The notes under the pieces were generated by a model. It did no database searches and was not told the origin of the DNA. It was given only the letters and a program-made list of their open reading frames with translations. Source: a virus (taxonomy: Duplodnaviria > Caudoviricetes). Taken from it: a DNA stretch of 57,085 nucleotides. Position numbers and translations under genes: made by a program. Position 1 is the stretch's first letter, and each line of letters begins with the position of its first letter. Shown here in pieces: positions 25,156 through 34,957 of this stretch. Where the stretch lies: the IMG/VR virus record IMGVR_UViG_3300023105_000039, positions 1 to 57,085 of that record. One strand, 5' to 3'.

Positions 25156-25492
25156 ACATTTCCTTGAACTTTGCTATTCTGTCCTCAAGCATTTCGATCT
25201 CTTCTGCTTCGCTTGGAGAATCTGGAACCTTTGGCTGTTCAGGTTGTGTCTTGAAGCGCACATAACCCTCAACGATATTCTGAATGTCGCCAAGCATTAT
25301 GTCTATCTTGGCGAGTTTGCGACGCAGATCGTCTAACTTATCAAGGCCATCGGTTCCAAGTTTAAGAGTTGGTGTACCACCCACAGGTGCAAGAACATCG
25401 AGTTGCCTGATTGCATCACTAAATAGGCGGTTAACTTCATTAGGCAACTCATCGAGTTCAACAGAATACTGAATGTTTACTCTCTGTCCCAT
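25115..25492 (-). CDS. hypothetical coiled-coil protein
   Basis: 125-aa ORF, RBS. Confidence 0.7.
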   Translation of the reverse strand: MGQRVNIQYSVELDELPNEVNRLFSDAIRQLDVLAPVGGTPTLKLGTDGLDKLDDLRRKLAKIDIMLGDIQNIVEGYVRFKTQPEQPKVPDSPSEAEEIEMLEDRIAKFKEMFDAKPNQESEEQN

Positions 25493-25493
25493 C

Positions 25494-25784
25494 TTATCCT
25501 CTCAGTAGTTGGCTGCGGGTCTGTAGTGCTGTCTCTACCGAGTTTGGATCTCCAATAACAACAATCTCTGTGCCTGTGGTTCCCTTATCAATAGTAATCT
25601 TGGAGAAGCGGTGCTCTTTGCTAAGACCCTCTGTAAGCATTCCCTGCTCGTTTAGATTCTTCATCTGGTGTTCTTCTCTCACCATAACGACGTGCTCTGG
25701 ATTGACGAACACCTCTCGTAGTGAATAACGGCGACCGCTTGTTACTGCACCTGTTCCACACACCTCTGTAAGTTTAACTAGCAT
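25494..25784 (-). CDS. hypothetical protein
   Basis: 96-aa ORF, GGAG RBS. Confidence 0.7.
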   Translation of the reverse strand: MLVKLTEVCGTGAVTSGRRYSLREVFVNPEHVVMVREEHQMKNLNEQGMLTEGLSKEHRFSKITIDKGTTGTEIVVIGDPNSVETALQTRSQLLRG

Positions 25785-26004
25785 TCTCCACCTCCTTGTT
25801 GATTGGATAAATGTCTCTCATTTTTACCGACCAGACCTTGCCTTTGTAGTAGACCATTCCCCATGTTGGTTCTTTGGGGTTTCGATCCCAAAACAATGCC
25901 TTGACTGGCTTGTCTGTCTTGACATACTCTTTTAGATATTCTTCTGCATCCTGAAGCAAGAAAGCATCTTGCGGGATGTGAACTAAGTCTCCTCTTATCA
26001 TCAT
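25774..26004 (-). CDS. SH3-like small protein (MIRGDLVH)
   Basis: ATGA overlap with groEL stop. Confidence 0.6.
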   Translation of the reverse strand: MMIRGDLVHIPQDAFLLQDAEEYLKEYVKTDKPVKALFWDRNPKEPTWGMVYYKGKVWSVKMRDIYPINKEVENAS

Positions 26005-27578
26005 GATACCTGAATAATCCCATAGTTGGTCGTGATAAGTGTGCCGGCGCACGACGCTGCGTTCTTCAGTGCCGACTTGGTTACTCTCACTGGATCTAAG
26101 ATACCACGCTCGTAGAGGTTTGTCAAGGTGCCGTTGCGGAAATCATAGCCCATGTCGTTTGACTGGTCTAGAACATGCGCCAGCAGGAGGTCTTCGCTCT
26201 TGCCGCCGTTTCTACACATTTGACGGAAGGGCGCTTCACATGCCTTCTTTACGATCGCAATACCAATTGCCTGCTCTTCGTGGTCAGTTGTAACGACAAG
26301 AGAGTTGCTTGCTCGTAGCAGGGCTGTGCCTCCACCACCGATTACGCCTTCTTCCTGTGCAGAGCGGACTGCTTCAAGGGCGTCCTCAATGCGGTGCTTG
26401 CGTTCGGTCATCTCTACCTGTGTTGCACCACCAACATGAATCACAGCAACACCTGAAGATAGGCGAACAATGCGACCCTGAATGCGCTCGCACTCTGCAA
26501 AGTCGTCTGTGTTTGCAATCTCAGCCTTTAGACTCTCAATACGAGTCTCAACTGCTTCGTAGTCACAGTTACCGCCGACAAGAATGGTGCCGACCTTGGT
26601 GCTCTCAACAGACTTGGCCGTACCCAACTGATCAAGAGTTGCGGTCTGCAACTTCTGTCCTGACTCTCGGGTGATGAATGTTGCACCAGTCGAGATAGCA
26701 AGGTCAGACAAAAGATTGCGGCGTTCCTCACCATAGAATGGAGCCTTGATTCCTGCAATCTTTAGAGAGCCACGCATAGCGTTCATAATCATAGCAGCAA
26801 GTGCCTGACCCTCAATGTCTTCTGCAACAATGACGAGTGGGCGCGCTTCTCTTGCAACCAACTCAAGAATAGGAAGAATCTGCTCTACCTGTGTGATCTT
26901 GTAGTCTGTAACCATAACCAGCGGCTCTTCGTAGTGCATCACATTACGACGCTCGTCGTTGACAAATGCAGATGCACAGAAGCCAGCAGGGAAGCGGAAG
27001 CCCTCGGTCACGTCAATAGAAGTCTCCATAGAACGAGACTCTTCGATTGTGATAGAGCCGTCCTGACCTACCTTGTCCACAGCCATAGCAATGAGATCCC
27101 CAATAGTAGAATCGTTGTTGGCTGAAATAGTAGCGATGTGTTTGATGTCGTCAATGCTATTGACTGGTCGCGCCATCTCTGTAAGGTTGTTACAAATCTC
27201 TGATACTGTTGCATCTATTCCCCTCTGTAGTTCGATTGGAGAAACACCAGCAACAATGTGTCGCTGTGCTTCATTTAGGATTGCTCTCGCAAGGACGGTA
27301 GCAGTTGTTGTTCCGTCTCCAGCGCTTGTGTTTGTCTCGTTAGCAGCCTGACGGATAACCTGTGCGCCAGCGTTCTCAAACTCGTCGTCCAACTGAACGA
27401 ACTGGGCTACTGTTACTCCGTCCTTTGTTGCGAAAGCAGACTTATCGTGCTCTTTTAGAAGAACCGTTCTGCCCTTTGGTCCGAGAGTAGAAGAAACATA
27501 ATCAGCAAGTGTGTTTGCTCCGTTTAGAATCTTCTGTCGTAGTTCTTCGTTGTTTGCGAATACCATCTTGTTTGTCAT
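26001..27578 (-). CDS. groEL: chaperonin GroEL
   Basis: TLGPKGR, TKDGVTVA, AGDGTTTATVLA, EEGVIGGGGTAL, GILDP. Confidence 0.97.
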   Translation of the reverse strand: MTNKMVFANNEELRQKILNGANTLADYVSSTLGPKGRTVLLKEHDKSAFATKDGVTVAQFVQLDDEFENAGAQVIRQAANETNTSAGDGTTTATVLARAILNEAQRHIVAGVSPIELQRGIDATVSEICNNLTEMARPVNSIDDIKHIATISANNDSTIGDLIAMAVDKVGQDGSITIEESRSMETSIDVTEGFRFPAGFCASAFVNDERRNVMHYEEPLVMVTDYKITQVEQILPILELVAREARPLVIVAEDIEGQALAAMIMNAMRGSLKIAGIKAPFYGEERRNLLSDLAISTGATFITRESGQKLQTATLDQLGTAKSVESTKVGTILVGGNCDYEAVETRIESLKAEIANTDDFAECERIQGRIVRLSSGVAVIHVGGATQVEMTERKHRIEDALEAVRSAQEEGVIGGGGTALLRASNSLVVTTDHEEQAIGIAIVKKACEAPFRQMCRNGGKSEDLLLAHVLDQSNDMGYDFRNGTLTNLYERGILDPVRVTKSALKNAASCAGTLITTNYGIIQVS

Positions 27579-27579
27579 T

Positions 27580-28341
27580 TTAACCTCGTGAAATAATGAA
27601 AACTTCGTTTGACTTCTTGCTCTTGTTCATTCCGTAAGCCCACTCTGCCGGAATAATCTCATAGTCAGAGTAGTGTTCGCGAATAAACTCACAATCATTA
27701 TAACATAATAACCAGTTCTGGCGATTTGTCAAGAGGGAATGTAAAAGTTTATGATCAAATCCCTCGTGCATGTCTCCGTTCTTTCCATATAACTTGCTCT
27801 TCTCCTCCAAAAAGTAAGGAGGGTCAAGATAAAGGAAACAATTTTTGTGCTGCTCTATGGACTCCTCAAAGCCCAGAAAGCCTACTTTTAGGTTGGGTGC
27901 GTCAAAGTTAGCCAGCCTTTTGATGCTGTTCTCGTTGAAGCGTCCGTCGGCTGCTTGCTGGGAAAAACCACCTGATAGTGTTGCGCCAGAGAACGAAGAA
28001 CGATTGATCGCAAAGTAAGCGGCAGCAAGTTCTACGCTCTTGCCCTGCGTTGGATCGTAGCCTCGCAAGAGCATTCGTAAAGCCTTGAATGTTTCTTTGT
28101 CTAATGGATGTAACTTCTTTACCTGCGCTACAAGATAATCTTTATCTGTCAGCAGACAATTCCAAAAGTTGTAGAGAGGATAGAACGCATCATAAGCATA
28201 GACGGCTCTATCTTTGGAGAGCACCAACTCTAACGACCCACCGCCCAAGAATGGGGAACAAATGTCCCCCTCTGGAATGTGGGGGAGTAGGTGCTTTATT
28301 GCGCGTGTTTTTCCACCGGGATAACGTAGTGGTGATTTCAA
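27580..28341 (-). CDS. Dam-family (D12 class) N6-adenine DNA methyltransferase
   Basis: SPLRYPGGK, SPFLGGGS, LYLDPPY. Confidence 0.9.
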   Translation of the reverse strand: MKSPLRYPGGKTRAIKHLLPHIPEGDICSPFLGGGSLELVLSKDRAVYAYDAFYPLYNFWNCLLTDKDYLVAQVKKLHPLDKETFKALRMLLRGYDPTQGKSVELAAAYFAINRSSFSGATLSGGFSQQAADGRFNENSIKRLANFDAPNLKVGFLGFEESIEQHKNCFLYLDPPYFLEEKSKLYGKNGDMHEGFDHKLLHSLLTNRQNWLLCYNDCEFIREHYSDYEIIPAEWAYGMNKSKKSNEVFIISRG

Positions 28342-28365
28342 GTTTCCTCCAAGTATTGTTTTATT

Positions 28366-29358
28366 TTACCACGGATCGCCTGACAATTTCAATGAAGATG
28401 CGAGTTTTTGATCAGCGTATTTAAATCTAATTTTCATAATTTTGGTGCCGTTTACGCTTTTTATTCCAATGCTATTGGTACCAACTGGTACAATCTCGAC
28501 ATCTTCTCCCATCAATGATTTGTATTTTTCATTGTTGATCGGATCCATAATCATTGCACCATATGACTTTCCGGGCATACCGTAACCCGTTGATTGTACA
28601 TAATACGGATATACTGTAGGAGATGCATCGAGCCAGTGAGTATACAAGTGTGCTCTTAACTCTGCCACCGGTAATTCCTTTAATCTTTCTAAGAGTATAT
28701 CTCTAAGTTGATTTACTATTTGATCGGCGTGTTTTTCTGCTGCTATTCTGATGTCTTTGTTTTCAGGTGCTCTTAGAAACTTTTTTCTTGTTGCGGCAGT
28801 TTGGCTGAGTTTATTGGTAACAATAAAATTTTCGACACTTTTATTAATTTTGTCGATATTCAAACCTAATTCTTCAACAAGCCACCCAACACCATGATTT
28901 TTAAATCCAATTTTTTGTTTTGTTTTTGTTGACTTTGCAGATATACCAAGATATTCTGTGCCGTTTATTTCGTACAAAATGTCAGAGGGGTTTCCTAATT
29001 CGGCTGCGGGTACAGCAGAAACCAAAACATTTGGTCGAGCAGTCCACCATACCTTTGTTATTTCACCCTCAAAGCCATTTTCTTGCCGCCAATCTTCAAT
29101 TTCTTCAAACATTTTAATTGCGCGCTGACTTTGTATTTCAAGTTCTGCTGATTTTTGTGCAGCAGTTAGTTGTGTTTTTCTCTGATTGATCGTTTGAAAA
29201 GCCTCTTCGTAGTTGATAAATTTTGATGTATCACCACCTAGAGAATCGGATGCTATAAGTGCCAATAGAATTTCATTTACGTCAGCCCCAAGTGTATTTC
29301 GAGATTCACCCAAAACTCCCTCCATAATTTCAAGAATTGTTAACAAACTATCAGACAT
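28366..29358 (-). CDS. AT-rich putative PD-(D/E)XK-like endonuclease
   Basis: NEIL...NPSDIL......YLGISAK; adjacent to Dam-family MTase. Confidence 0.5.
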   Translation of the reverse strand: MSDSLLTILEIMEGVLGESRNTLGADVNEILLALIASDSLGGDTSKFINYEEAFQTINQRKTQLTAAQKSAELEIQSQRAIKMFEEIEDWRQENGFEGEITKVWWTARPNVLVSAVPAAELGNPSDILYEINGTEYLGISAKSTKTKQKIGFKNHGVGWLVEELGLNIDKINKSVENFIVTNKLSQTAATRKKFLRAPENKDIRIAAEKHADQIVNQLRDILLERLKELPVAELRAHLYTHWLDASPTVYPYYVQSTGYGMPGKSYGAMIMDPINNEKYKSLMGEDVEIVPVGTNSIGIKSVNGTKIMKIRFKYADQKLASSLKLSGDPW

Positions 29359-29367
29359 AACTTAACC

Positions 29368-30021
29368 TCACATTATCTCGTCGGCAAGACCATACTTCAC
29401 TGCCTCTTCAGCAGAGAGATAGATGTTTACCTTTTCACTAAGTAGTTTCTCCAACTTCTTACGTGTGAACTTGGTGTTCTCAACCATAGCAGTGATGTAG
29501 TCGTCCTGTAGTTGCTGGATAGCCTCAAGTTCGTTTGTGAGGTTAGGTAGGATTCCAAAGTTACCTGCTGCAACGTTGTGAATCATTACGCGGCAGTTCT
29601 TGCCAATCTTGCGCTTGCCCTTGGTTCCCGCTGCGAGGAGTAGGGTGCCTGCGGACATAACCTTGCCAACACCGATGGTGTGGATTTCAGTTTCCTCCAT
29701 GACCTGCTGCATAACGTCATACATTGCAAACATGTCATCAGCAGAACCGCCATAGGTGTTGATGTAGAATTCAACAGGCTTACTTTCTTCCTTTTCCTTG
29801 TCTCTCAACTTGTTAGTCTCGTTGAGGTAAAGTAGAGCCTGTGTTAGTTCAGCAATCTTCTCGTCTTCAACGTTGGAGTAGAGTCCGATTACTCTTAGTT
29901 CCGGCTCTGGACCTCCACCTAGCATTTCGGCTAGATTCACGACTTTTGGTTCTGCTTGCGCTTCTGCGTTTGGAGAAGGTAGTAGCTTCTCAACAATCTT
30001 TCCAATAATCTGCTTAATCAT
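29368..30021 (-). CDS. clpP: ClpP-family protease subunit
   Basis: YINTYGGS, VMSAGT (catalytic Ser), VMIH, YLSAEEAVKYGLAD. Confidence 0.9.
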   Translation of the reverse strand: MIKQIIGKIVEKLLPSPNAEAQAEPKVVNLAEMLGGGPEPELRVIGLYSNVEDEKIAELTQALLYLNETNKLRDKEKEESKPVEFYINTYGGSADDMFAMYDVMQQVMEETEIHTIGVGKVMSAGTLLLAAGTKGKRKIGKNCRVMIHNVAAGNFGILPNLTNELEAIQQLQDDYITAMVENTKFTRKKLEKLLSEKVNIYLSAEEAVKYGLADEIM

Positions 30022-30458
30022 GATTCTGCTCCTTTTCTAAATAGAATCGCTAGTTCTCTGTTCTTTTCTAAAAACCTCATGGCTGAACGCCAATCTGTAT
30101 AGGGTGCGATCTCCTTGAAGATTCCGCTGTGTGCGTTGACCAAGAACTTGATTGAATCTTCTTTGAAGTTATTCATAATCTTCTCTTGGTTCTCCTTCTC
30201 TAACTTGTAAACCTTATCGTCGGGTTCTACGCCCGACTTTCTAAGGGCGTCTAATTTAACTAGGTTCGCGTAACTGTAATTCTCTATGCACTTGGCTAAA
30301 ATAGATAACCCAATAACGCTGGAGGCTTTGACGATCAAGATCGTTGTTGAGCCTGACGCCCTGACGGAGAGCAAGAACCCAAATGTAAGTCCAAGCCCGA
30401 AGCATAAAATTCCTAATGCAATGTACCAAACCATAAGTCCCTCCATAAAAATAACCAC
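30018..30458 (-). CDS. hypothetical membrane protein
   Basis: N-terminal TM helix; start may be at 30446 or 30437. Confidence 0.65.
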   Translation of the reverse strand: MVIFMEGLMVWYIALGILCFGLGLTFGFLLSVRASGSTTILIVKASSVIGLSILAKCIENYSYANLVKLDALRKSGVEPDDKVYKLEKENQEKIMNNFKEDSIKFLVNAHSGIFKEIAPYTDWRSAMRFLEKNRELAILFRKGAES

Positions 30459-30484
30459 CTAGGATGGTTGCCTAGATGGTTATT
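30450..30484 (-). terminator. hairpin plus T-run
   Basis: AATAACCA.CTAGG...CCTAG.TGGTTATT-TTT on minus strand. Confidence 0.55.
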
Positions 30485-30510
30485 ATAACGGCTCAGGAGA
30501 ATGCTGTCAA
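30482..30510 (-). promoter_or_regulatory. consensus sigma70 promoter
   Basis: TTGACA-17-TATAAT. Confidence 0.85.
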
Positions 30511-30514
30511 GTTA

Positions 30515-31150
30515 TTATTTTGAAGCCAAGCGACGGAAGATACGTTCGGCTAACTTGGTCGCCACATCTTCCTGCTTCTTCTCACGGAGTAGGCGGGCAG
30601 CCACGCGGCGAGCGACTTCTTGTACAATTTCTTCGTCACTTTCCATCATTGGTTCATCTGCCTCATCTTCGTCACCCATTTCCATTGGGGCTTCGGGAGC
30701 GGCGTCAGCCATTTCTAGATCACCACCTTCATCGGCGTCAACTTCACCCCCCATTTCCATCTCTTCTTCGCCACCAACCTCAACATCGGCGTCAAGACCA
30801 AGTAGGTCAGCAAGTTTGTCAACGATGTCAGCAAACTGCTCTTCTTTACCACCGTCTGCGTCCATGCCACCCATATCCATGTCCATGTCGCCTGCGGGTT
30901 CTTCAGCGCCCATATCCATTTCCATTTCTTCGCCGCCCTCGGGGGCTGGCATTTCTGGGGCGGGCGCTTCTTCGTCTTCAGCCTCCTGCATGTAATCGCG
31001 CATTCCGGGTTCGTCTTCTTCTTCCTCATCATCCCTCATACCGGGGACTGGTAGTTCGCCGCCCATGCCCATTTCTTGTAGGGGCTTGATGTTCGCCAAT
31101 TTCATAAACTGACGGATTTCTGATTCTGATAGTAGTGTCTTGCGAGCCAT
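30515..31150 (-). CDS. highly acidic Met/Glu/Asp-rich protein (possible scaffold/internal virion protein)
   Basis: Low-complexity acidic core with helical ends; ACTATTTA motif upstream. Confidence 0.6.
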   Translation of the reverse strand: MARKTLLSESEIRQFMKLANIKPLQEMGMGGELPVPGMRDDEEEEDEPGMRDYMQEAEDEEAPAPEMPAPEGGEEMEMDMGAEEPAGDMDMDMGGMDADGGKEEQFADIVDKLADLLGLDADVEVGGEEEMEMGGEVDADEGGDLEMADAAPEAPMEMGDEDEADEPMMESDEEIVQEVARRVAARLLREKKQEDVATKLAERIFRRLASK

Positions 31151-31164
31151 TGTTTTAATTCTCC

Positions 31165-31464
31165 TTAAAAACTCAATGTTAAATAGTCTACGTCACCAGA
31201 AGAAGCCAATAATTCTTCTCCGTCAGGCAAACGTTTCTGTAGTTTAATTAGTGCCTTACTTTCTATTTGTTTTATTCTCGCGAAAGAAAGTCCTTCGCGT
31301 TTTGCTATTTCCCTGAGAGTCATAGGTCCATTTTCATGGATCGAGATCAGGGAACAATTAAATTCGTCTTCATAGTCAATGTGAAATTTACATTTGTCTG
31401 CTGGGCAACATTCCCTGTCTTTAAGGCACTGCTGCGAGCATACTAGTAAGTCTTCTTTATTCAT
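31165..31464 (-). CDS. sigma70 region-4-like HTH protein with Cys-rich N-terminus
   Basis: GPMTLREIAKREGLSFARIKQIESKALIKL. Confidence 0.75.
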   Translation of the reverse strand: MNKEDLLVCSQQCLKDRECCPADKCKFHIDYEDEFNCSLISIHENGPMTLREIAKREGLSFARIKQIESKALIKLQKRLPDGEELLASSGDVDYLTLSF

Positions 31465-31811
31465 AGGTCTGGAAACTCCTGTGCGATTAGATCAAATAGG
31501 TTTTCTTTGTCGGCATCATCTAGGAGTCCCCAGTCTTCTAACTTTTCTTCTCCTTTCTTTCTCAGTTTGAGCGATTTGGTAAAGCGTTTGCGGCTTAGGA
31601 TCTTATGCTCTACAACATAATTGTCCAAGAAAGCCATTAGATTTGGGTCTTCCTCAATGACGCCATCGATCACGGCACGGAAGAACTGAGACACCCTTAT
31701 CTTGTTGTGTCTCAGCCTTATGATTAGTCGTGCGTGATCGTCGTCATAGACCCAAAAACGAATTGACTTTACGTCTTCTCCGTAGTTTGGATCGTCAGAC
31801 ATTTCACACAC
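31461..31811 (-). CDS. hypothetical protein (possible RHH-like DNA binding)
   Basis: IRFWV...VSQFFRAVID. Confidence 0.6.
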   Translation of the reverse strand: MCEMSDDPNYGEDVKSIRFWVYDDDHARLIIRLRHNKIRVSQFFRAVIDGVIEEDPNLMAFLDNYVVEHKILSRKRFTKSLKLRKKGEEKLEDWGLLDDADKENLFDLIAQEFPDL

Positions 31812-32826
31812 TCCTATTCAGAATGTGTGTTCTGCTTTCGCCAAGACCTGCGGAGGTCTGACGAACAAACTTGGCTCTATGTTGTAGTTCATGGATAGAG
31901 CGACAACCAGAGTAGGACAACCCAGAACGAATGCCTCGCTCAAGGTCTTCAAGAACGTTCTTTACCTTGCCTCGGTAGGGAACAGTAGCGGAGACACCTT
32001 CAAACGAAGAGTAGCGTCCTCTCCAATCCATTTGCGCCTCCTTGGACGCCATTCCTCGGTAGGTTTTAAATTTACGACCTGTTCCGTCTACAAGGGTTTC
32101 TCCGGGTGTCTCGCGCGTTCCAGATAGCAAGGAACCCAACATTACAGCGTCTGCGCCAGCAGCGAGAGCCTTTACAATGTCGCCAGAGTTGCGAATGCCT
32201 CCGTCGGCAATGATAGTAACGTCGCGGTCTGTGCGAGAACAATCAAAGATCGTCTGCAAGCCGGGGTGTCCGTGTCCTGTCTGGATTCTGGTAGAACAGA
32301 TAGAGCCACCACCAATGTTGCATCGAACGGAGTCTGCTCCCCAGTCTGCGAGGTCGTTTACGCCTTCGAGGGTTGCTACGTTGCCTGCCATGATGTGGAT
32401 TTGGGAACCCAATTCATAACGCAAATTTTTCAAGGCTTCTCGCATCTTGACGTGGTGGCCATGAGCAACGTCAACGCAAACAAATGTTGCGCCTGCCTTT
32501 ACGCCCTCTTCAGCACGATCAAGGTAATCGTTATCAATGCCAACAGCGAATCCGATGTTGGCTACGCCGCTACTTTTGGCAGCACGAATCATTTCGGTTT
32601 GCTGCCCGATTGTGTTGTAGCGGTGTAGAACACCAGCACTGCTTGCATGGTGCATTGCTTCTGCCATCATTACCTCGGAAATAGTATCCATCGGTGAAGC
32701 AAAGATGGGTAGTCCGAGTTCTAGTCCGTTCCCCAGATTAGAAGAGATATCCACTTCAGATCGAGAGCGGATATCGGAGTATTGTGGTAAGAGTAAAACG
32801 TCGTCATAGGTTAATGCTGTCTCCAT
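31804..32826 (-). CDS. guaB: IMP dehydrogenase / GMP reductase family protein (no CBS domains)
   Basis: LTYDDVLLLP, ASPMDT, VDVAHGH, IGGGSICSTR, IIADGGI, YRGMAS. Confidence 0.85.
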   Translation of the reverse strand: METALTYDDVLLLPQYSDIRSRSEVDISSNLGNGLELGLPIFASPMDTISEVMMAEAMHHASSAGVLHRYNTIGQQTEMIRAAKSSGVANIGFAVGIDNDYLDRAEEGVKAGATFVCVDVAHGHHVKMREALKNLRYELGSQIHIMAGNVATLEGVNDLADWGADSVRCNIGGGSICSTRIQTGHGHPGLQTIFDCSRTDRDVTIIADGGIRNSGDIVKALAAGADAVMLGSLLSGTRETPGETLVDGTGRKFKTYRGMASKEAQMDWRGRYSSFEGVSATVPYRGKVKNVLEDLERGIRSGLSYSGCRSIHELQHRAKFVRQTSAGLGESRTHILNRSV

Positions 32827-32828
32827 TG

Positions 32829-33191
32829 TTAGTTCCTATTGTTGTCAATAAACTTGCGGATTCCGGTTGGGTGGAACCACATTTCTTTATGCGGTTGCGG
32901 CGGGTCTTCCATGAAACGCACACGAGGACGCATACCTCCGGTGCGGACATAACAAATGGAAGGAACTCCACTAAATCCCCACTTCTTTTCTAGACCCTCG
33001 CCGTCTTCCATGTTGAATGCATAGAAGTGAACATCACCATATTCATCGGAAATGTCTACGAACTGCGGCTTTAGAGCGTGACATAGGTGACAATTGGAGC
33101 CATAGAGTTTAATTACGACTTCGTGTTCACCTGTCACTCCGCCACCTAGGATTTGGTCTAGGTTTTTTCGATTGATTCTGCTAACTGCCAT
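32829..33191 (-). CDS. thioredoxin-fold protein
   Basis: CHLC, FSGVPSI. Confidence 0.8.
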   Translation of the reverse strand: MAVSRINRKNLDQILGGGVTGEHEVVIKLYGSNCHLCHALKPQFVDISDEYGDVHFYAFNMEDGEGLEKKWGFSGVPSICYVRTGGMRPRVRFMEDPPQPHKEMWFHPTGIRKFIDNNRN

Positions 33192-33489
33192 TTTCTATCC
33201 TCTCGATTAGTCGGTCAAGATACCAACGGGCTTTCTTGAGGTCTTCAAGGGGATCTGCCTTGTGTTGGTGTCTCGCAACATACTTTACCACGTTACCGGC
33301 ATTGAAGTCAAGTTTCCAATCATCGATTGCGTCAATTACTTCAATCTTTCCGGTGTTGTAATGTGAGGGGTGATTGACGGCTTCGCGTCGTGCTAGACCT
33401 TCAAGTCCTGTTAGGTTGTCGGAGAACTCGTCATCGTGAGAGCCCTGCGAATCAAATAGGTCAATCATCTGTGTTGGTGTGGGCATCAA
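33181..33489 (-). CDS. DUF3310 (T7 gp1.7/SaV-like) protein
   Basis: VNHPSHY...IEVID...GNVVKYV.R...K...EDLKKARWYL. Confidence 0.85.
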   Translation of the reverse strand: MMPTPTQMIDLFDSQGSHDDEFSDNLTGLEGLARREAVNHPSHYNTGKIEVIDAIDDWKLDFNAGNVVKYVARHQHKADPLEDLKKARWYLDRLIERIENGS

Positions 33490-33718
33490 TTACCTCCTGT
33501 GCTTTATTGATGCAATCTGGGCAAAATAGGGTTACCTGCGTTGGATTTTCCCGTACAACTACTCGCCATGTGAGCGCATGTTCCTTGGATTTGGGGTCAA
33601 ATGCGGCGTTACATGCTGAGCAGTTGTCCGGTCTGTGGCTAAAGGTGGAAATTTTTTGGGCGAGTTTTTCGTTGCCTTTATTCTTCTTCTTGAGCCGTCG
33701 CCGTTGTGCCCTATTCAT
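33461..33718 (-). CDS. zinc-finger hypothetical protein
   Basis: MNRAQRR; CSAC...CPDC. Confidence 0.7.
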   Translation of the reverse strand: MNRAQRRRLKKKNKGNEKLAQKISTFSHRPDNCSACNAAFDPKSKEHALTWRVVVRENPTQVTLFCPDCINKAQEVIDAHTNTDD

Positions 33719-34194
33719 GGTCGCTCCATTCCTGTGATGCGGGGTCCGTCAAATGCGGACGGACGAAAAACCACCACTGCTGATGGGAATGGTGCGCTAT
33801 TCGTCTCATCACCAAATTTGATGCGTCCTCGAACAAAGCGAATCTCGTCTGCCTTCATCACGTACTCGTGCCAGTATGCAGTATCAGTACGGGCGGGGAT
33901 AAGCATAACAACCATTGTGTTTTCCTTAAGTCCCTCTTCGTATGACTTCTTGACCCAATCCTTTAGTCCGCGACCATAAGGTGGGTTGAGAAATACTCGA
34001 TGACCAGACCAATCCTGTGATAAGGAATCATCTGCCTGAGTGTAATACTTTGCGACCTTGTAGTTGTCGTCTGATGCAGCAGCGTCTAGAGTAAATGGAC
34101 CATAGATGCTGTTTAGTTTGTCAAAGATGGACTGCGGAGTAGCCCACTCGTTTGACTTTGAACTAAACATGACTTCTCGTGTATTCTTATCCAC
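33715..34194 (-). CDS. phage N6-adenine DNA methyltransferase (Dam phage type)
   Basis: EWATPQ, FTLDAAA, FLNPPYG, LIPARTDT.YWH, GRIKF. Confidence 0.9.
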   Translation of the reverse strand: MDKNTREVMFSSKSNEWATPQSIFDKLNSIYGPFTLDAAASDDNYKVAKYYTQADDSLSQDWSGHRVFLNPPYGRGLKDWVKKSYEEGLKENTMVVMLIPARTDTAYWHEYVMKADEIRFVRGRIKFGDETNSAPFPSAVVVFRPSAFDGPRITGMERP

Positions 34195-34651
34195 CTGTAC
34201 TCCCTAGGGCTCCTGAGCCTCGTTCTGAAATAGTGATTGGGTGACGCTCGTCGTAAAGTATTCCGTCTACTTCCTCAAATGCACGGAAGTGGACTACTGG
34301 AATCATTACCAATTGAGCAATCTTGTCTCCGTGCTTGATGTCCTGACTACGATGCCCAACGTTGTGAAGATTGATGAAGACCTCTCCGTCGTAACCAGAG
34401 TCAACGACGTGGGCTCCAACAACAAGACCACGCTTGGCTGCTACACTTGAGCGGTTCATAACCTGTAGCATGTAGCCGTGTGGAATGCCAAACTTCAGCC
34501 CTGTTGGGATTAGGACAGAATGTCCGGGCAGAATAACCTTGAAGTCATCCTTTCCTCCGAGGAAAGCATAGATGTCAAGACCAGCATCCGAGGGGTTCGA
34601 GCGAGTTGGATGCTGCACGTCGCTGTAAAGGCGATGATACTCAATAATCAT
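34187..34651 (-). CDS. dut: dUTPase (trimeric)
   Basis: DAGLD, RSS, VDSGYDGE, GDKIAQLV, RGSGALGSTG. Confidence 0.95.
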   Translation of the reverse strand: MIIEYHRLYSDVQHPTRSNPSDAGLDIYAFLGGKDDFKVILPGHSVLIPTGLKFGIPHGYMLQVMNRSSVAAKRGLVVGAHVVDSGYDGEVFINLHNVGHRSQDIKHGDKIAQLVMIPVVHFRAFEEVDGILYDERHPITISERGSGALGSTGG

Positions 34652-34905
34652 GGGTTCTCCGTATCTTCGCCCGAAAGCGCCTTGTAGTTGTCGTAAACCT
34701 CATCAATGTCAATCTTACCCTTGAACAGACGGTAAGCCTTCACAGCCGCACGGATCTCGTCGGTGTTCAGCCAGCCCTGCTCACGATACTCGGTACGCAG
34801 TTCGCGCTTCTGCTCCTTGTAAGGCTCCATGGCCTCTTCAATTGCTACGAGTGAACGGATGTACTCCATGACGTAGCGCTTCTTCTCTTCGGTTGATGTA
34901 GACAT
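34648..34905 (-). CDS. hypothetical protein (GapR/DsbA-like helical DNA-binding candidate)
   Basis: YIRSL..IEE......EQKREL..EY...G. Confidence 0.5.
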   Translation of the reverse strand: MSTSTEEKKRYVMEYIRSLVAIEEAMEPYKEQKRELRTEYREQGWLNTDEIRAAVKAYRLFKGKIDIDEVYDNYKALSGEDTENP

Positions 34906-34928
34906 GCTGTCCTCCTTGTTATGTTTGT

Positions 34929-34957
34929 AATGTAACTCGTCACGCTGCCGCTGTCAA
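34929..34957 (-). promoter_or_regulatory. sigma70-type promoter overlapping uvsE end
   Basis: TTGACA-17-TACATT. Confidence 0.8.

Noticed and set aside
30515-31150. Tandem DNA repeat in the acidic gene
   Set aside because: Explained by low-complexity Met/Glu/Asp codons; no discrete repeat unit.
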